Shown here: in pieces, positions 7,585 through 16,166 of the stretch
Numbering within the stretch: the stretch's first letter is position 1
How the letters are laid out: each line of letters starts with the position of its first letter
Source of the DNA: a virus
Reading direction: 5' to 3' (one strand)
Virus record (IMG/VR): IMGVR_UViG_3300045988_017993
DNA: 35,705 bases
The notes under the pieces: model-generated
Database searches by the model: none
What the model was told of the DNA's origin: nothing
Seen by the model: only the letters and a program-made list of their open reading frames with translations
Made by a program: the position numbers and the translations under genes

Positions 7585-7744
7585 AGTTTTCGTAAGTTAA
7601 AGAGTTAGTCAAAAACTAAGTCAAAAAAATAAATAGCTTTGGCGAGCGATTAAGTTGATAGATATAAGGTTTTTAACTATTCATTCATTTTAAAAGTGTT
7701 TTACTAACTACTTAACTTGATTAAGTAAAAAAGGAGGAAATCTC

Positions 7745-7954
7745 ATGAGCAAACAACACCTTAAGTGGATTGAGCTTGTAAAAGAGCGAATTGAGGAGCG
7801 TGGATGGTCACAGACGGATTTGGCTATCGTCGTAGGTGTTACCCCATCGGCCATTACACATCTTTTAAAAGAAGGCAAAGGAAGTGACGACTTGAAGCTT
7901 CGTGTTAACAAGAAATTGCGAATCAACGAGCCGTGGGAAAAATTCGAGGATTAG
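7745..7954 (+). CDS. Cro-like HTH (XRE family) DNA-binding protein (69 aa)
   Basis: AAGGAGG RBS. HTH segment WSQTDLAIVVGVTPSAITHLL. Confidence 0.75.
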   Translation: MSKQHLKWIELVKERIEERGWSQTDLAIVVGVTPSAITHLLKEGKGSDDLKLRVNKKLRINEPWEKFED

Positions 7955-8178
7955 AAGAACGTGCCAACATCATTTATGGTATTCAAAGCAAGAGTGCTTA
8001 TGAAATAGGGAAACAACTTGCCAAAGCTCAAAAAGAGCTTTCGACTAGAGGGTACGGATGTTTCGAAGAGTGGTATAGGAGTTTGGGATTTAAAACAACA
8101 AAAGCATACGAATATATCAATCACTTCAAATTCGTTTCTTCGCAAAACGAAGAAACAAAAAGAGATTATAGCTCTTGA
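7933..8178 (+). CDS. Hypothetical protein, DUF3102-like N-terminal region (81 aa); start uncertain
   Basis: GTG start without an RBS, overlapping the previous ORF by 22 nt in the -1 frame. The segment AYEIGKQLAKAQKEL...GCFEEWYRSLGF resembles DUF3102 phage proteins. Confidence 0.45.
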   Translation: MGKIRGLEERANIIYGIQSKSAYEIGKQLAKAQKELSTRGYGCFEEWYRSLGFKTTKAYEYINHFKFVSSQNEETKRDYSS

Positions 8179-8257
8179 AAAAAAGAGTGACTGAAAGCAT
8201 TATAATGTTGATGTTTCAATAAAATCAAAAAAACTTTAAAAAAAATCAAGAAAACTA

Positions 8258-8286
8258 TTGACATTGAATTTTATTTAAGCTATAAT
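8258..8286 (+). promoter_or_regulatory. Consensus promoter (TTGACA, 17-nt spacer, TATAAT)
   Basis: Hexamers at 8258..8263 and 8281..8286. Confidence 0.8.
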
Positions 8287-8320
8287 ATGTTTGTAAGTTA
8301 GTTAGAGAGGAGGAACAAAA

Positions 8321-8524
8321 ATGACAGAAACAGTTCCAAAAATTACAATCAAAGAACTCCGAGCACGTCACAATTTGACACAAGAGGAATTTGCTAAAAG
8401 TGTTGGTACGTCAGCACAAACAGTTAGTGCATGGGAGAAGAATGTACTTTCTATTTCTCCTAAAAACATGGTAACCATTTGTAAAAAATACAACCTTCAA
8501 TCGTCTGATTTGTATGGCTTTTGA
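8321..8524 (+). CDS. HTH XRE-family transcriptional regulator (67 aa)
   Basis: GAGAGGAGG RBS. The segment LTQEEFAKSVGTSAQTVSAWEKN is a classic Cro/CI-type HTH. Confidence 0.8.
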   Translation: MTETVPKITIKELRARHNLTQEEFAKSVGTSAQTVSAWEKNVLSISPKNMVTICKKYNLQSSDLYGF

Positions 8525-8694
8525 TTTTAAAACTTGGATTGTTAGAAAGGAACCAAACGCACAAACTGGTTTTCATCAACTATAAAGGCTTCAAGTCCTT
8601 CATCGAATGGAAAACTAGAAACAGATTCAAATAATATTAATAACCCTAACCGTACCAAGGGGCTAGTGAGTATCTTAACAAAAAGTACCAACGA

Positions 8695-8723
8695 TTGACA
8701 TTTATATACCTCCTTAATATATA
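8695..8723 (+). promoter_or_regulatory. Promoter (TTGACA, 17-nt spacer, TATATA) embedded in a large inverted repeat
   Basis: Hexamers at 8695..8700 and 8718..8723. It lies in the loop between CCCTAACCG (8644..8652) and CGGTTAGGG (8745..8753). Confidence 0.6.
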
Positions 8724-8775
8724 AACCTCACTAGTCACTTAGTGCGGTTAGGGAATGAAGAAAGGAATTTAAAAA

Positions 8776-8910
8776 ATGAAGAAATTATTTAACTGGATTT
8801 GGTCAAAAAAGCAAACAGAAACGCCAAAATGGACTTTTGAAAAAAATGGATCAGAGCCTAGCCGTGACCGATACAACAAGGCACACGGATTAGGAAAGAC
8901 ATTAATTTAA
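8776..8910 (+). CDS. Small hypothetical protein (44 aa), not in the ORF track
   Basis: ATG 8776 after GAAAGGAA. My translation is MKKLFNWIWSKKQTETPKWTFEKNGSEPSRDRYNKAHGLGKTLI, ending at stop TAA 8908..8910. Confidence 0.45.
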   Translation: MKKLFNWIWSKKQTETPKWTFEKNGSEPSRDRYNKAHGLGKTLI

Positions 8911-9020
8911 AGTAATATCGTTAGCTGTTTCAATCCGTAGCCACACCTCGGTGTGCGGAGTGCAACTAAATACCTTATACCCCAAAAATAAATATAAATA
9001 AAAGCCAAAACTACCTTCTT

Positions 9021-9437
9021 ATGAAATTGAATAATTTGAAGCACATCGGGGGCTGGGTGCGGATTGAAGCACTAAAAAAGCACAGGTATCTTAATGCGAA
9101 AGTATCAACTATGGAAAGCGAGGGCTTACGATTGAGGATTTATGTTAATAAACGCAAAAAATTGATTTTAGCACCAGAAGTTTTTGAAAAATATGGTGGT
9201 GTCAGTAACGAAACGATTCAAATTAAAAACGGTGAATTTTCAAAGGAAATTGAAAAAGAAGTCAACGAAGCTATGCAAGAGATTATTGATCGCTGGCAAC
9301 CAATTTTCGATAACATTCCAACGGAAGAACTGTTTGCTGAAAGACAAAGGCAAGTTAAAAACTTTATTGATTTTGAAACAGTACTAACTGATTTAGTTGA
9401 AAAGGAGTTTAGCAGCGATGAAGAAAGGAAGAAATAA
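9021..9437 (+). CDS. Hypothetical replication-module protein (138 aa); start uncertain (no obvious RBS)
   Basis: Long ORF abutting the ATPase gene. Confidence 0.55.
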   Translation: MKLNNLKHIGGWVRIEALKKHRYLNAKVSTMESEGLRLRIYVNKRKKLILAPEVFEKYGGVSNETIQIKNGEFSKEIEKEVNEAMQEIIDRWQPIFDNIPTEELFAERQRQVKNFIDFETVLTDLVEKEFSSDEERKK

Positions 9438-9440
9438 CGG

Positions 9441-10142
9441 ATGAAAATTATAAATGGGTCGAATATTGAACGAACAGAGAATTGGCGCGTACTGTTATAC
9501 GGAAAGCCTGGGATTGGTAAAACAAGTGTCATTAAGCAATTAAAAGGGCGGGTGTTGGTGTTGTCGCTTGATAATAGCTATCGCGTGTTGTCGCACAGCG
9601 AAAATATAGATGTGATCGAATTTGACCGCGAGCACCCTACTGAAGCGATTACCGACTTCTTGAATGACGTTGATGATGTCTTGGGCGACTACGATAATTT
9701 AGTAATTGACAATGTCTCAAGCCTACAAAGCGACTGGTTCGTGCAAATGGCAAGAGAAAGCGCCAGCGGGCTTCAAAATGAACTTCAACATTTTAGCCGC
9801 TGGACGAACTTCTTCCTGCGCGTGCTAACGGCAATTTACAGCAAACCAATTAATATTTACGTGACTGCGTGGGAAGATGTACGAGACCTGAACCTTGAAA
9901 CAGGCCAAATAATTTCCCAATACATTCCACAAATCAGAACAAGTGTTCTAAGCCAGTTGTTAGGCCTCACAGATGTGGTCGGAAGAGTTGTTGTCAACGA
10001 AAAGACAGGCAACCGTGGGTGCATTCTAGAAGGTAGCGAAGGCACTTACGCTAAAAATCGCCTCGATAATCGAACAGCTTGCAAGATTGAAGACCTCTTT
10101 AAATTTGGTGATTTAGATGGAACTAAGGAATTACCAGAATGA
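9441..10142 (+). CDS. AAA/RecA-like ATPase (AAA_24 / Sak4-like, 233 aa)
   Basis: Walker A motif YGKPGIGKTS near the N-terminus. Size and position are typical of the S. thermophilus phage replication module. Confidence 0.75.
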   Translation: MKIINGSNIERTENWRVLLYGKPGIGKTSVIKQLKGRVLVLSLDNSYRVLSHSENIDVIEFDREHPTEAITDFLNDVDDVLGDYDNLVIDNVSSLQSDWFVQMARESASGLQNELQHFSRWTNFFLRVLTAIYSKPINIYVTAWEDVRDLNLETGQIISQYIPQIRTSVLSQLLGLTDVVGRVVVNEKTGNRGCILEGSEGTYAKNRLDNRTACKIEDLFKFGDLDGTKELPE

Positions 10143-11448
10143 TCTTGTTAATGGGATCAAGCAATCAATCTTAAGAGGTAACAAGCGAATTATGGTGCAG
10201 TCGCCACCACGTAGTGGCAAAACCGTTGTAATGGCTCATATTGCCAAAGGTGCGACAGATAAAGCAAACACTGTTCTATTCTTTAGTCATCGAAAGGAAA
10301 TTAATGAGCAGGTAGTCAATACATTCAAAAGAAATGACGTTGACATGAACCTTGTAACCATTGATAGCGTGACTAAGGTAGCACGAAACCTAGATAGGAT
10401 ATCAGAGCCATCGATCATATTAATCGACGAAGCTCACCATGTTAAAGCTAAGACCTACCTCAAAATTATCGAATATTACAGTAACAGCATTGTTCTCATG
10501 TTTACTGGGACACCCGCCAGACTAGATGGCAGTGGGTTTGATGATATCGCAGACGACATTGTTCTCGGAAAGTCGGTTAAATGGCTACAGGAGAACGGGA
10601 ACATCGCACCATTTAAATATTATGCCCCTTCTTTAATCGACACTACAAACCTAAAAAAGCGTGGTGGAGAGTTTACTAAGAAATCCGTAGACGACACAAT
10701 GAAACGTGTGATTTACGGTGATGTTATAAGACATTATGAGAAGTTAGCCAAAGGCAAACAAGCCATAGTATACACACATAGCGTAGAAGCTTCTGAGAGC
10801 GTTTCTAACACGTTTAAAAAGAATGGCTATACTTCTATCGCAATCAGTGGTAAAACGCCACCAGAGGTTCGAGAGAGGGCAATGCAAGCCTTTAGAGACG
10901 GAGAACTTACAATTATGGTTAATTGTGAGTTATTCACTGAAGGTATTGACCTTCCAAATGTTGATGTTTGCATCATGCTAAGACCAACTCAATCATTATC
11001 TTTATATCTTCAGTTTGCTATGAGAGCCTTAAACCCTAGAGAAGGAAAAACAGCTATCATAATAGACCACGTTGGCAATGTTGATAGACATGGACTTCCA
11101 AACGCTGACCGTGAATGGTCACTAAAGGGTATTAATAAAACTAAAAAAAAACTTAAACTCGGTGAACCTACCACACGGACGTGTGATGAATGCTACGCTA
11201 CGTTTTGGAGTGCTGAACGTATCTGTCCACTGTGTGGCCATGAGAATCAGCCTACAAAAGAAGAAATTGAAATAATTCGAGAAATAGAACTCGAAGAAAG
11301 ACGGCAAGAGGTTGCTAGTAAAGTTGAAACATTCGTTACTAGTGACCAATGCCAATCAGTAGAAGAACTCAAAGAGTTCGCTAAACAACACGGATATAAA
11401 CCCGGTTGGGTTTATTACCAACAGAAAAAAAATAATATATGGAGATAA
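10117..11448 (+). CDS. SF2 DEAD/DEAH-box helicase with a C-terminal zinc ribbon (443 aa)
   Basis: Motifs LRNYQ, Walker A SPPRSGKT and DEAH (LIDEAHH). Zinc ribbon CDEC...CPLC. Confidence 0.85.
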   Translation: MELRNYQNDLVNGIKQSILRGNKRIMVQSPPRSGKTVVMAHIAKGATDKANTVLFFSHRKEINEQVVNTFKRNDVDMNLVTIDSVTKVARNLDRISEPSIILIDEAHHVKAKTYLKIIEYYSNSIVLMFTGTPARLDGSGFDDIADDIVLGKSVKWLQENGNIAPFKYYAPSLIDTTNLKKRGGEFTKKSVDDTMKRVIYGDVIRHYEKLAKGKQAIVYTHSVEASESVSNTFKKNGYTSIAISGKTPPEVRERAMQAFRDGELTIMVNCELFTEGIDLPNVDVCIMLRPTQSLSLYLQFAMRALNPREGKTAIIIDHVGNVDRHGLPNADREWSLKGINKTKKKLKLGEPTTRTCDECYATFWSAERICPLCGHENQPTKEEIEIIREIELEERRQEVASKVETFVTSDQCQSVEELKEFAKQHGYKPGWVYYQQKKNNIWR

Positions 11449-11454
11449 AAAACT

Positions 11455-11910
11455 ATGTTTACAATTGATTACTCAAAAGCAAAAGAATTCGGATCTATCA
11501 AAGACGGTACTTACGAAGTTACTATTGATTTAGCAAAACAAGATGCTACTCAAGGAGGAGCTGACTACCTTGACATCCGTTTTCGTATTCGCAAGGACTT
11601 TCAACAAGATTTCCAAAACAACATTATTTTCCATCGCATCTTTGCCAAAAAAGAAGATGGAAAATATCCAGTAGCTTCTATCATGAATCTTGCTAAAGCT
11701 GCAGGAATTCCTGATGGTACTAAATTTAGCAGCTTGGAAGATTATCTCAACCAGTTGGAAGGAAAAGCTCTTAAAGTTACCGTTAAAAACGAAAAATCTG
11801 AGTGGCAAGGTAAAACATACGAAAATCTAAACGTTAAACGTTTGGAAGTTACCGATATCCCACTTCCAGAAGTTAATACTGAGATTCCAGAAATTGACCT
11901 TCCGTTCTAA
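11455..11910 (+). CDS. SSB-like protein (DUF669-type, 151 aa)
   Basis: The C-terminal acidic tip EIDLPF resembles the SSB DDDIPF tail. The gene lies between the helicase and primase genes. Confidence 0.6.
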   Translation: MFTIDYSKAKEFGSIKDGTYEVTIDLAKQDATQGGADYLDIRFRIRKDFQQDFQNNIIFHRIFAKKEDGKYPVASIMNLAKAAGIPDGTKFSSLEDYLNQLEGKALKVTVKNEKSEWQGKTYENLNVKRLEVTDIPLPEVNTEIPEIDLPF

Positions 11911-11912
11911 TT

Positions 11913-12719
11913 ATGAAGATGGTTGATTACGCAATCAACTATCAACGCATGGGCTATTCTGTTATCCCTATTTCAAAAAATGGTAAAACCCCTCTTATCT
12001 CTTTCGCTGACAAACCACCAATGACTGAAAACGACATTCGGATGGTGTGGCGAGATAATCCAGATGCTAACATTGCACTTAAAACAGATACATTCTTTGT
12101 CATTGACGTGGACATGCATGGCGATGTTGACGGTTTAACCAATTTAAGAAATTGGGAACATGCAAGACTCATACCCAAAACTTTGCAAGCTATAACCCCC
12201 AGCGGTGGGAGACATATCTACTTAAAAAAAGACCCCAACCATCCTATATCGCAAAATATTGGGATGATTGAGGGAGTAGATATCAAGGCACACGTTAATA
12301 ACTATATATTAGTTCCGCCGTCCAATAATTCCAAAGGATACTATGAATGGGATACAGTGCATTCGCCAAAAGATGGAAGCATAACAGAAGCACCTCTTGC
12401 GTTGATAAAAGTATTGCAGAAAATGAAACCAAACTATGAAGTCTCATCGTTTGCTAGTGACAGTGTTAGAAGTACAAAAACCACAAAGTTATTCGAGAGC
12501 ATCTTACTAGGTTTTGGAGACAAAGGCGGACGAAACAATGCACTTGCCGAGTTTGTCGGTGGACTGCTACTTAGAGGCGTTGACCCAGAAATCACTTATC
12601 ATCTTGCAAAGATGGCAAACAGCAACACCCAAGAGCCTTTGGGCAATAAGGAATTTGAAAGGACATTTAAGAGCATGTTAGACAAAGAGATAAGGAGGAT
12701 TGGACTTGACAACGATTGA
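11913..12719 (+). CDS. Bifunctional primase-polymerase (PrimPol) domain protein (268 aa)
   Basis: Motifs FVIDVDMHG and PSGGRHIY are typical of PrimPol. Confidence 0.75.
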   Translation: MKMVDYAINYQRMGYSVIPISKNGKTPLISFADKPPMTENDIRMVWRDNPDANIALKTDTFFVIDVDMHGDVDGLTNLRNWEHARLIPKTLQAITPSGGRHIYLKKDPNHPISQNIGMIEGVDIKAHVNNYILVPPSNNSKGYYEWDTVHSPKDGSITEAPLALIKVLQKMKPNYEVSSFASDSVRSTKTTKLFESILLGFGDKGGRNNALAEFVGGLLLRGVDPEITYHLAKMANSNTQEPLGNKEFERTFKSMLDKEIRRIGLDND

Positions 12720-14217
12720 TTTCGATTATTACAGAGAACAATTTGCAAGCTCTAGTCTCTCGCCTGGGAAACCTAGCAGCAAAGAGGGAATTAAGAATAA
12801 GCTTAAAGCCTACCGAAACGACTGGTTTGAAAAATTCAAGGAAGAAAATCCAGATAGCAAAGAACCAAAGGCATTGCCAGAATTAGCAGTAGCTAAAGGT
12901 TTAAATAAATACACTCATGTTATCACCCTCGAAAATGGGAAAGTAGCTATATATGACCCAGAGCGGGGATACTACCAAAAAGATTACAGATATGCCTACC
13001 AGCTTATCTATATCTTAGAACCTACATTCAATGAAACAAAATGCCGAAATGTTCTATTTTTGCTATCAAACATGAGCAGGGAATATGAATATAATAACAT
13101 GTATATGGATTTTGAACCAGAATATCGAGATGTAAGGCGTTTTATTCTCGTTAAAAATGGCATCTACGATAAACGAAAGAAGAAGCTGCTATCGTTTGAC
13201 CATAAGTTTATTAATTTTAGTACCATTGAAACAGAACTGGTCGAGAATGCCCCTAAACCAATTATTAATGGTTGGGATGTCGATAGTTGGTTGTTAGATC
13301 TCATGAGTGGCGACAGTGAGCTTGTAGAATTACTATGGCAAGTGATTGCAGCGTCACTTAATGGTAACCATTCTTATCGAAAATCGATTTGGTTAGTTGG
13401 TAACGGTAACGATGGTAAGGGTACGTTTCAACAGTTAATTAGCAATTTGGTTGGATTAAAAAACGTAGCACCATTAAAACTTAATCAATTTTCTGAACGT
13501 TTCGGTCTTGCCATTATCGAAGGGAAGACAGTTATCATTGGTGACGATGTCCAAGCTGGTATATATGTAGATGAATCTTCCAATTTTAACTCAGTCGTTA
13601 CTGGTGAACCAGTTTCAATTGAGAAAAAAGGAGAAAATCCTTACTTAGCGCAATTTAAGAAAACGGTTATCCAGTCTACCAATGCTATGCCAGTGTTTAA
13701 GAATAAGTCAAACGGGACATATCGACGTATCGTGATTATCCCATTCAAAAAAACATTTGGCATCAATGATGACAATTGGGCAATTAAGGATGATTACATC
13801 AATCGTAAAGAAGTTTTGGAATATGTTCTTTGGAAAGCTATTAATTTAGATTTCGATAAATTCAGTGAACCAAAAGCGACACAAGAACGTATGCAAGAAT
13901 TCAAGGAAGAAAATAACACAGTTTATAAATTCCTTAATGAATACTTGTCAGATGTCGTTTCCACTCGAATTCCAGTTAGGTTCTTGTGGGATGTATACCG
14001 CTCATGGTGTCATGAGGGAAATCATACTATACCTAAAAAATCTAACTTTGAAAAAGAGCTGGCACAGAATTTACCAGTTGGTTGGATTAAAGATAGACAA
14101 AAACCTCTTGATTTTTTCAATCCAACTAAAGATAAGCCAGATTATTGGCATGATTTCAATTTTAATTGGGACGAAAACAAAGCTAAGAAAGCAACCGTAG
14201 TGGTCATGGTTACTTAG
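12706..14217 (+). CDS. Phage/plasmid primase, P4/D5-type NTPase-helicase (about 503 aa)
   Basis: Walker A motif VGNGNDGKGT. The ORF track starts at TTG 12700, only 1 nt after AAGGAGG (12692..12698). The in-frame TTG 12706 has 7-nt spacing and is the likelier start. Confidence 0.8.
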   Translation: MTTIDFDYYREQFASSSLSPGKPSSKEGIKNKLKAYRNDWFEKFKEENPDSKEPKALPELAVAKGLNKYTHVITLENGKVAIYDPERGYYQKDYRYAYQLIYILEPTFNETKCRNVLFLLSNMSREYEYNNMYMDFEPEYRDVRRFILVKNGIYDKRKKKLLSFDHKFINFSTIETELVENAPKPIINGWDVDSWLLDLMSGDSELVELLWQVIAASLNGNHSYRKSIWLVGNGNDGKGTFQQLISNLVGLKNVAPLKLNQFSERFGLAIIEGKTVIIGDDVQAGIYVDESSNFNSVVTGEPVSIEKKGENPYLAQFKKTVIQSTNAMPVFKNKSNGTYRRIVIIPFKKTFGINDDNWAIKDDYINRKEVLEYVLWKAINLDFDKFSEPKATQERMQEFKEENNTVYKFLNEYLSDVVSTRIPVRFLWDVYRSWCHEGNHTIPKKSNFEKELAQNLPVGWIKDRQKPLDFFNPTKDKPDYWHDFNFNWDENKAKKATVVVMVT

Positions 14218-14471
14218 TTACTCTAAGTTACTGCAACCAGTAACCGTGAAATCCCTTGATACATAAGGGTTTTGGTTGCTTCGGTTACTCAGTTACTACT
14301 TTTATATATATTTAAAATAAATAAATAAATAAATATATATATATAGAGAGAGAGTCAAAAAATGGGGTAACTGAGTAACCGAAGTAGCTAGAATCCTTGA
14401 TATATAAGGGTTTGTAGTGGTTACTCTTACTAGTAACCGTTACTGTAACCAAGTAACCGAAAGGAGAAAAA
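14218..14471. other. Putative origin of replication (non-coding iteron / AT-rich element)
   Basis: About a dozen GGTTAC/GTAACC copies. A perfect 18-bp inverted repeat (14279..14296 / 14367..14384) flanks an (AAAT)n-(AT)n-(AG)n core. The hairpins CCCTTGATACATAAGGG and CCTTGATATATAAGG are duplicated. The position after the primase gene is as in Sfi21-type phages. Confidence 0.75.
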
Positions 14472-14903
14472 ATGGAAATTCAATACTTAGAGATTAATCA
14501 ATCAAATGAACCTAATGAAAACATCAGTGATTATATCAAAGATTTTTCTGAAGCGGCAACAGTTATAGATGTGCAATGTAACGCTATTCCGGTACATTTT
14601 GAAAAGGTTGGAGATGACTATTGGACCGACGAAGATTATGGCATCAAAGTTGTTGCGTTCATCAAATATGAAGATAACAAAGAAGCCACTCCGGAAAAGA
14701 AACAATGGTTGAAAAAATTCTTTGACAAACATATCGATAAGGAAACAAAATTATTTATCGATGAACCATTTGATGGGTGGGTGACAAAGGGTGATGAAGT
14801 TTATGTAGATACTTTGCGTAACTGCTTATTCCAGCAGGCAAGGATGGCTTACACTGACAAACAGATTGCGAGCATTTATAAGGAATGGCTACAGAATCAC
14901 TAA
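14472..14903 (+). CDS. Hypothetical acidic protein (143 aa)
   Basis: AAAGGAG RBS and a long ORF. Confidence 0.65.
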   Translation: MEIQYLEINQSNEPNENISDYIKDFSEAATVIDVQCNAIPVHFEKVGDDYWTDEDYGIKVVAFIKYEDNKEATPEKKQWLKKFFDKHIDKETKLFIDEPFDGWVTKGDEVYVDTLRNCLFQQARMAYTDKQIASIYKEWLQNH

Positions 14904-15208
14904 TTCAAAATCAAATTCGAGTAGAACTATCAAAAGCTGGCTATATGGTATTTAGAATTAACGTTGGTAAGGTCAGAATGGCAGACGGGCGTTGGTTTGA
15001 CACTGGAGCACCAAAAGGTTTTTGTGACTTGTTTGGATTTAGACCAGATGGACAGATATTCTTCATCGAAGTAAAAAATGAAAAAGGTCGTTTGAGAGAC
15101 GACCAAAAGAAATTTATGGATGCCATGAAAAAACGAGGGGCACTCGTAGGAGTGGCAAGAAGCGTTGAAGATGCTATGAGGATAGTTGATGGTAAAACGG
15201 TGGAATGA
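14885..15208 (+). CDS. VRR-NUC domain nuclease (107 aa)
   Basis: The segment GFCDLFGFRPDGQIFFIEVKNEKGRLRDDQKKF fits the VRR-NUC D..(E/D)xK pattern. Confidence 0.75.
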   Translation: MATESLIQNQIRVELSKAGYMVFRINVGKVRMADGRWFDTGAPKGFCDLFGFRPDGQIFFIEVKNEKGRLRDDQKKFMDAMKKRGALVGVARSVEDAMRIVDGKTVE

Positions 15209-15212
15209 CCAT

Positions 15213-15437
15213 ATGGCGGGCATTAAATATGCACCACACCCATACGATGAAACGGTAACTGTGTTAGAACGTGTAGAGTATTTCAATCATTGGTTTTATG
15301 CTACCCATCAAAAGAAAGGTGCGGTGGCAATTAAACTAGGAATTAGTGATAAGAAACTCAATCGTATATTGACACTAGAGCAGTTACCAGATGAGAAATT
15401 ATTGAAAGAGATGGTAGAACTATGCAATATAAAGTAA
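15213..15437 (+). CDS. Small hypothetical protein with an HTH-like segment (74 aa from ATG 15213; alternative starts 15186/15189)
   Basis: GGTGGA lies 8 nt upstream of ATG 15213. Candidate HTH segment: AVAIKLGISDKKLNRIL. Confidence 0.55.
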   Translation: MAGIKYAPHPYDETVTVLERVEYFNHWFYATHQKKGAVAIKLGISDKKLNRILTLEQLPDEKLLKEMVELCNIK

Positions 15438-15889
15438 TAACATATTTTGACAACATGGAAGACGATGTAGAAATTTATGACAATAAAGATGAAGCTATCA
15501 AGAGGGTGCATCATTTGAGAGGTGTTAAATATCGCAATTTAAGATTGTACACAGTAGAGATGAAAGAGGAAGCAGAAACTGACCTAATCACTAAAATTAA
15601 CGAGTGGGCAGACGAACGCAACTTAAAGCAAGCTGACCCTAAGATACAGTGGATGCGCATTACCGAGGAGGTAGGTGAAATTCGGGATGTACTCTTGAAG
15701 CCGACTAAATTCACAGACCCACAAATGGCACTTAAAGACGCTGTCGGCGACACACTAGTAACGATTATCGTATTGGCACATCAATTAGACCTTGATGTTA
15801 CTGAGTGTCTAAGTATTGCATACGAGGAAATCAAGAATCGGAAAGGAAAGATGGTAAATGGAACATTCGTTAAGGAAGAAGACCTCTAG
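15422..15889 (+). CDS. MazG-like nucleotide pyrophosphohydrolase (155 aa)
   Basis: The C-terminal half, ITEEVGEIRD...GDTLVTIIVLAHQLDLD...AYEEIKNRKG, resembles the MazG/NTP-PPase helix pattern. Confidence 0.6.
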   Translation: MQYKVITYFDNMEDDVEIYDNKDEAIKRVHHLRGVKYRNLRLYTVEMKEEAETDLITKINEWADERNLKQADPKIQWMRITEEVGEIRDVLLKPTKFTDPQMALKDAVGDTLVTIIVLAHQLDLDVTECLSIAYEEIKNRKGKMVNGTFVKEEDL

Positions 15890-16166
15890 AGAGCTAAACG
15901 TAGCCATTGCCTTACTACTGGCATCCCTAATTATCAATGTTGGAACGTTAATCAGTGTAGTCAATAGACCTGTGGAAGCTATCGTGGTACATAAGGTTGA
16001 TAATGCCACTGTAATGCATGGGAAAATCACAGGTAAGCAGATGATAGGGAAGCTCTACACAATCGACTGTGAGGCGTATGGTAAGTTTCTAGTGACTAAA
16101 GAACAATACAACAGTGTTAACGTTGGAGATGAAATTCCAAGCTATTTGAAAGGAAGAGGGCAATGA
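15858..16166 (+). CDS. Small membrane protein (102 aa, one TM)
   Basis: AAAGGAAAG upstream. TM segment VAIALLLASLIINVGTLISVV. Confidence 0.55.
   Translation: MEHSLRKKTSRELNVAIALLLASLIINVGTLISVVNRPVEAIVVHKVDNATVMHGKITGKQMIGKLYTIDCEAYGKFLVTKEQYNSVNVGDEIPSYLKGRGQ

Noticed and set aside
14300-14355. The repetitive (AAAT)n/(AT)n/(AG)n tract considered as a CRISPR-like or satellite array
   Set aside because: These are simple microsatellites with no repeat-spacer architecture. They sit in the centre of an iteron-flanked ori-like region.
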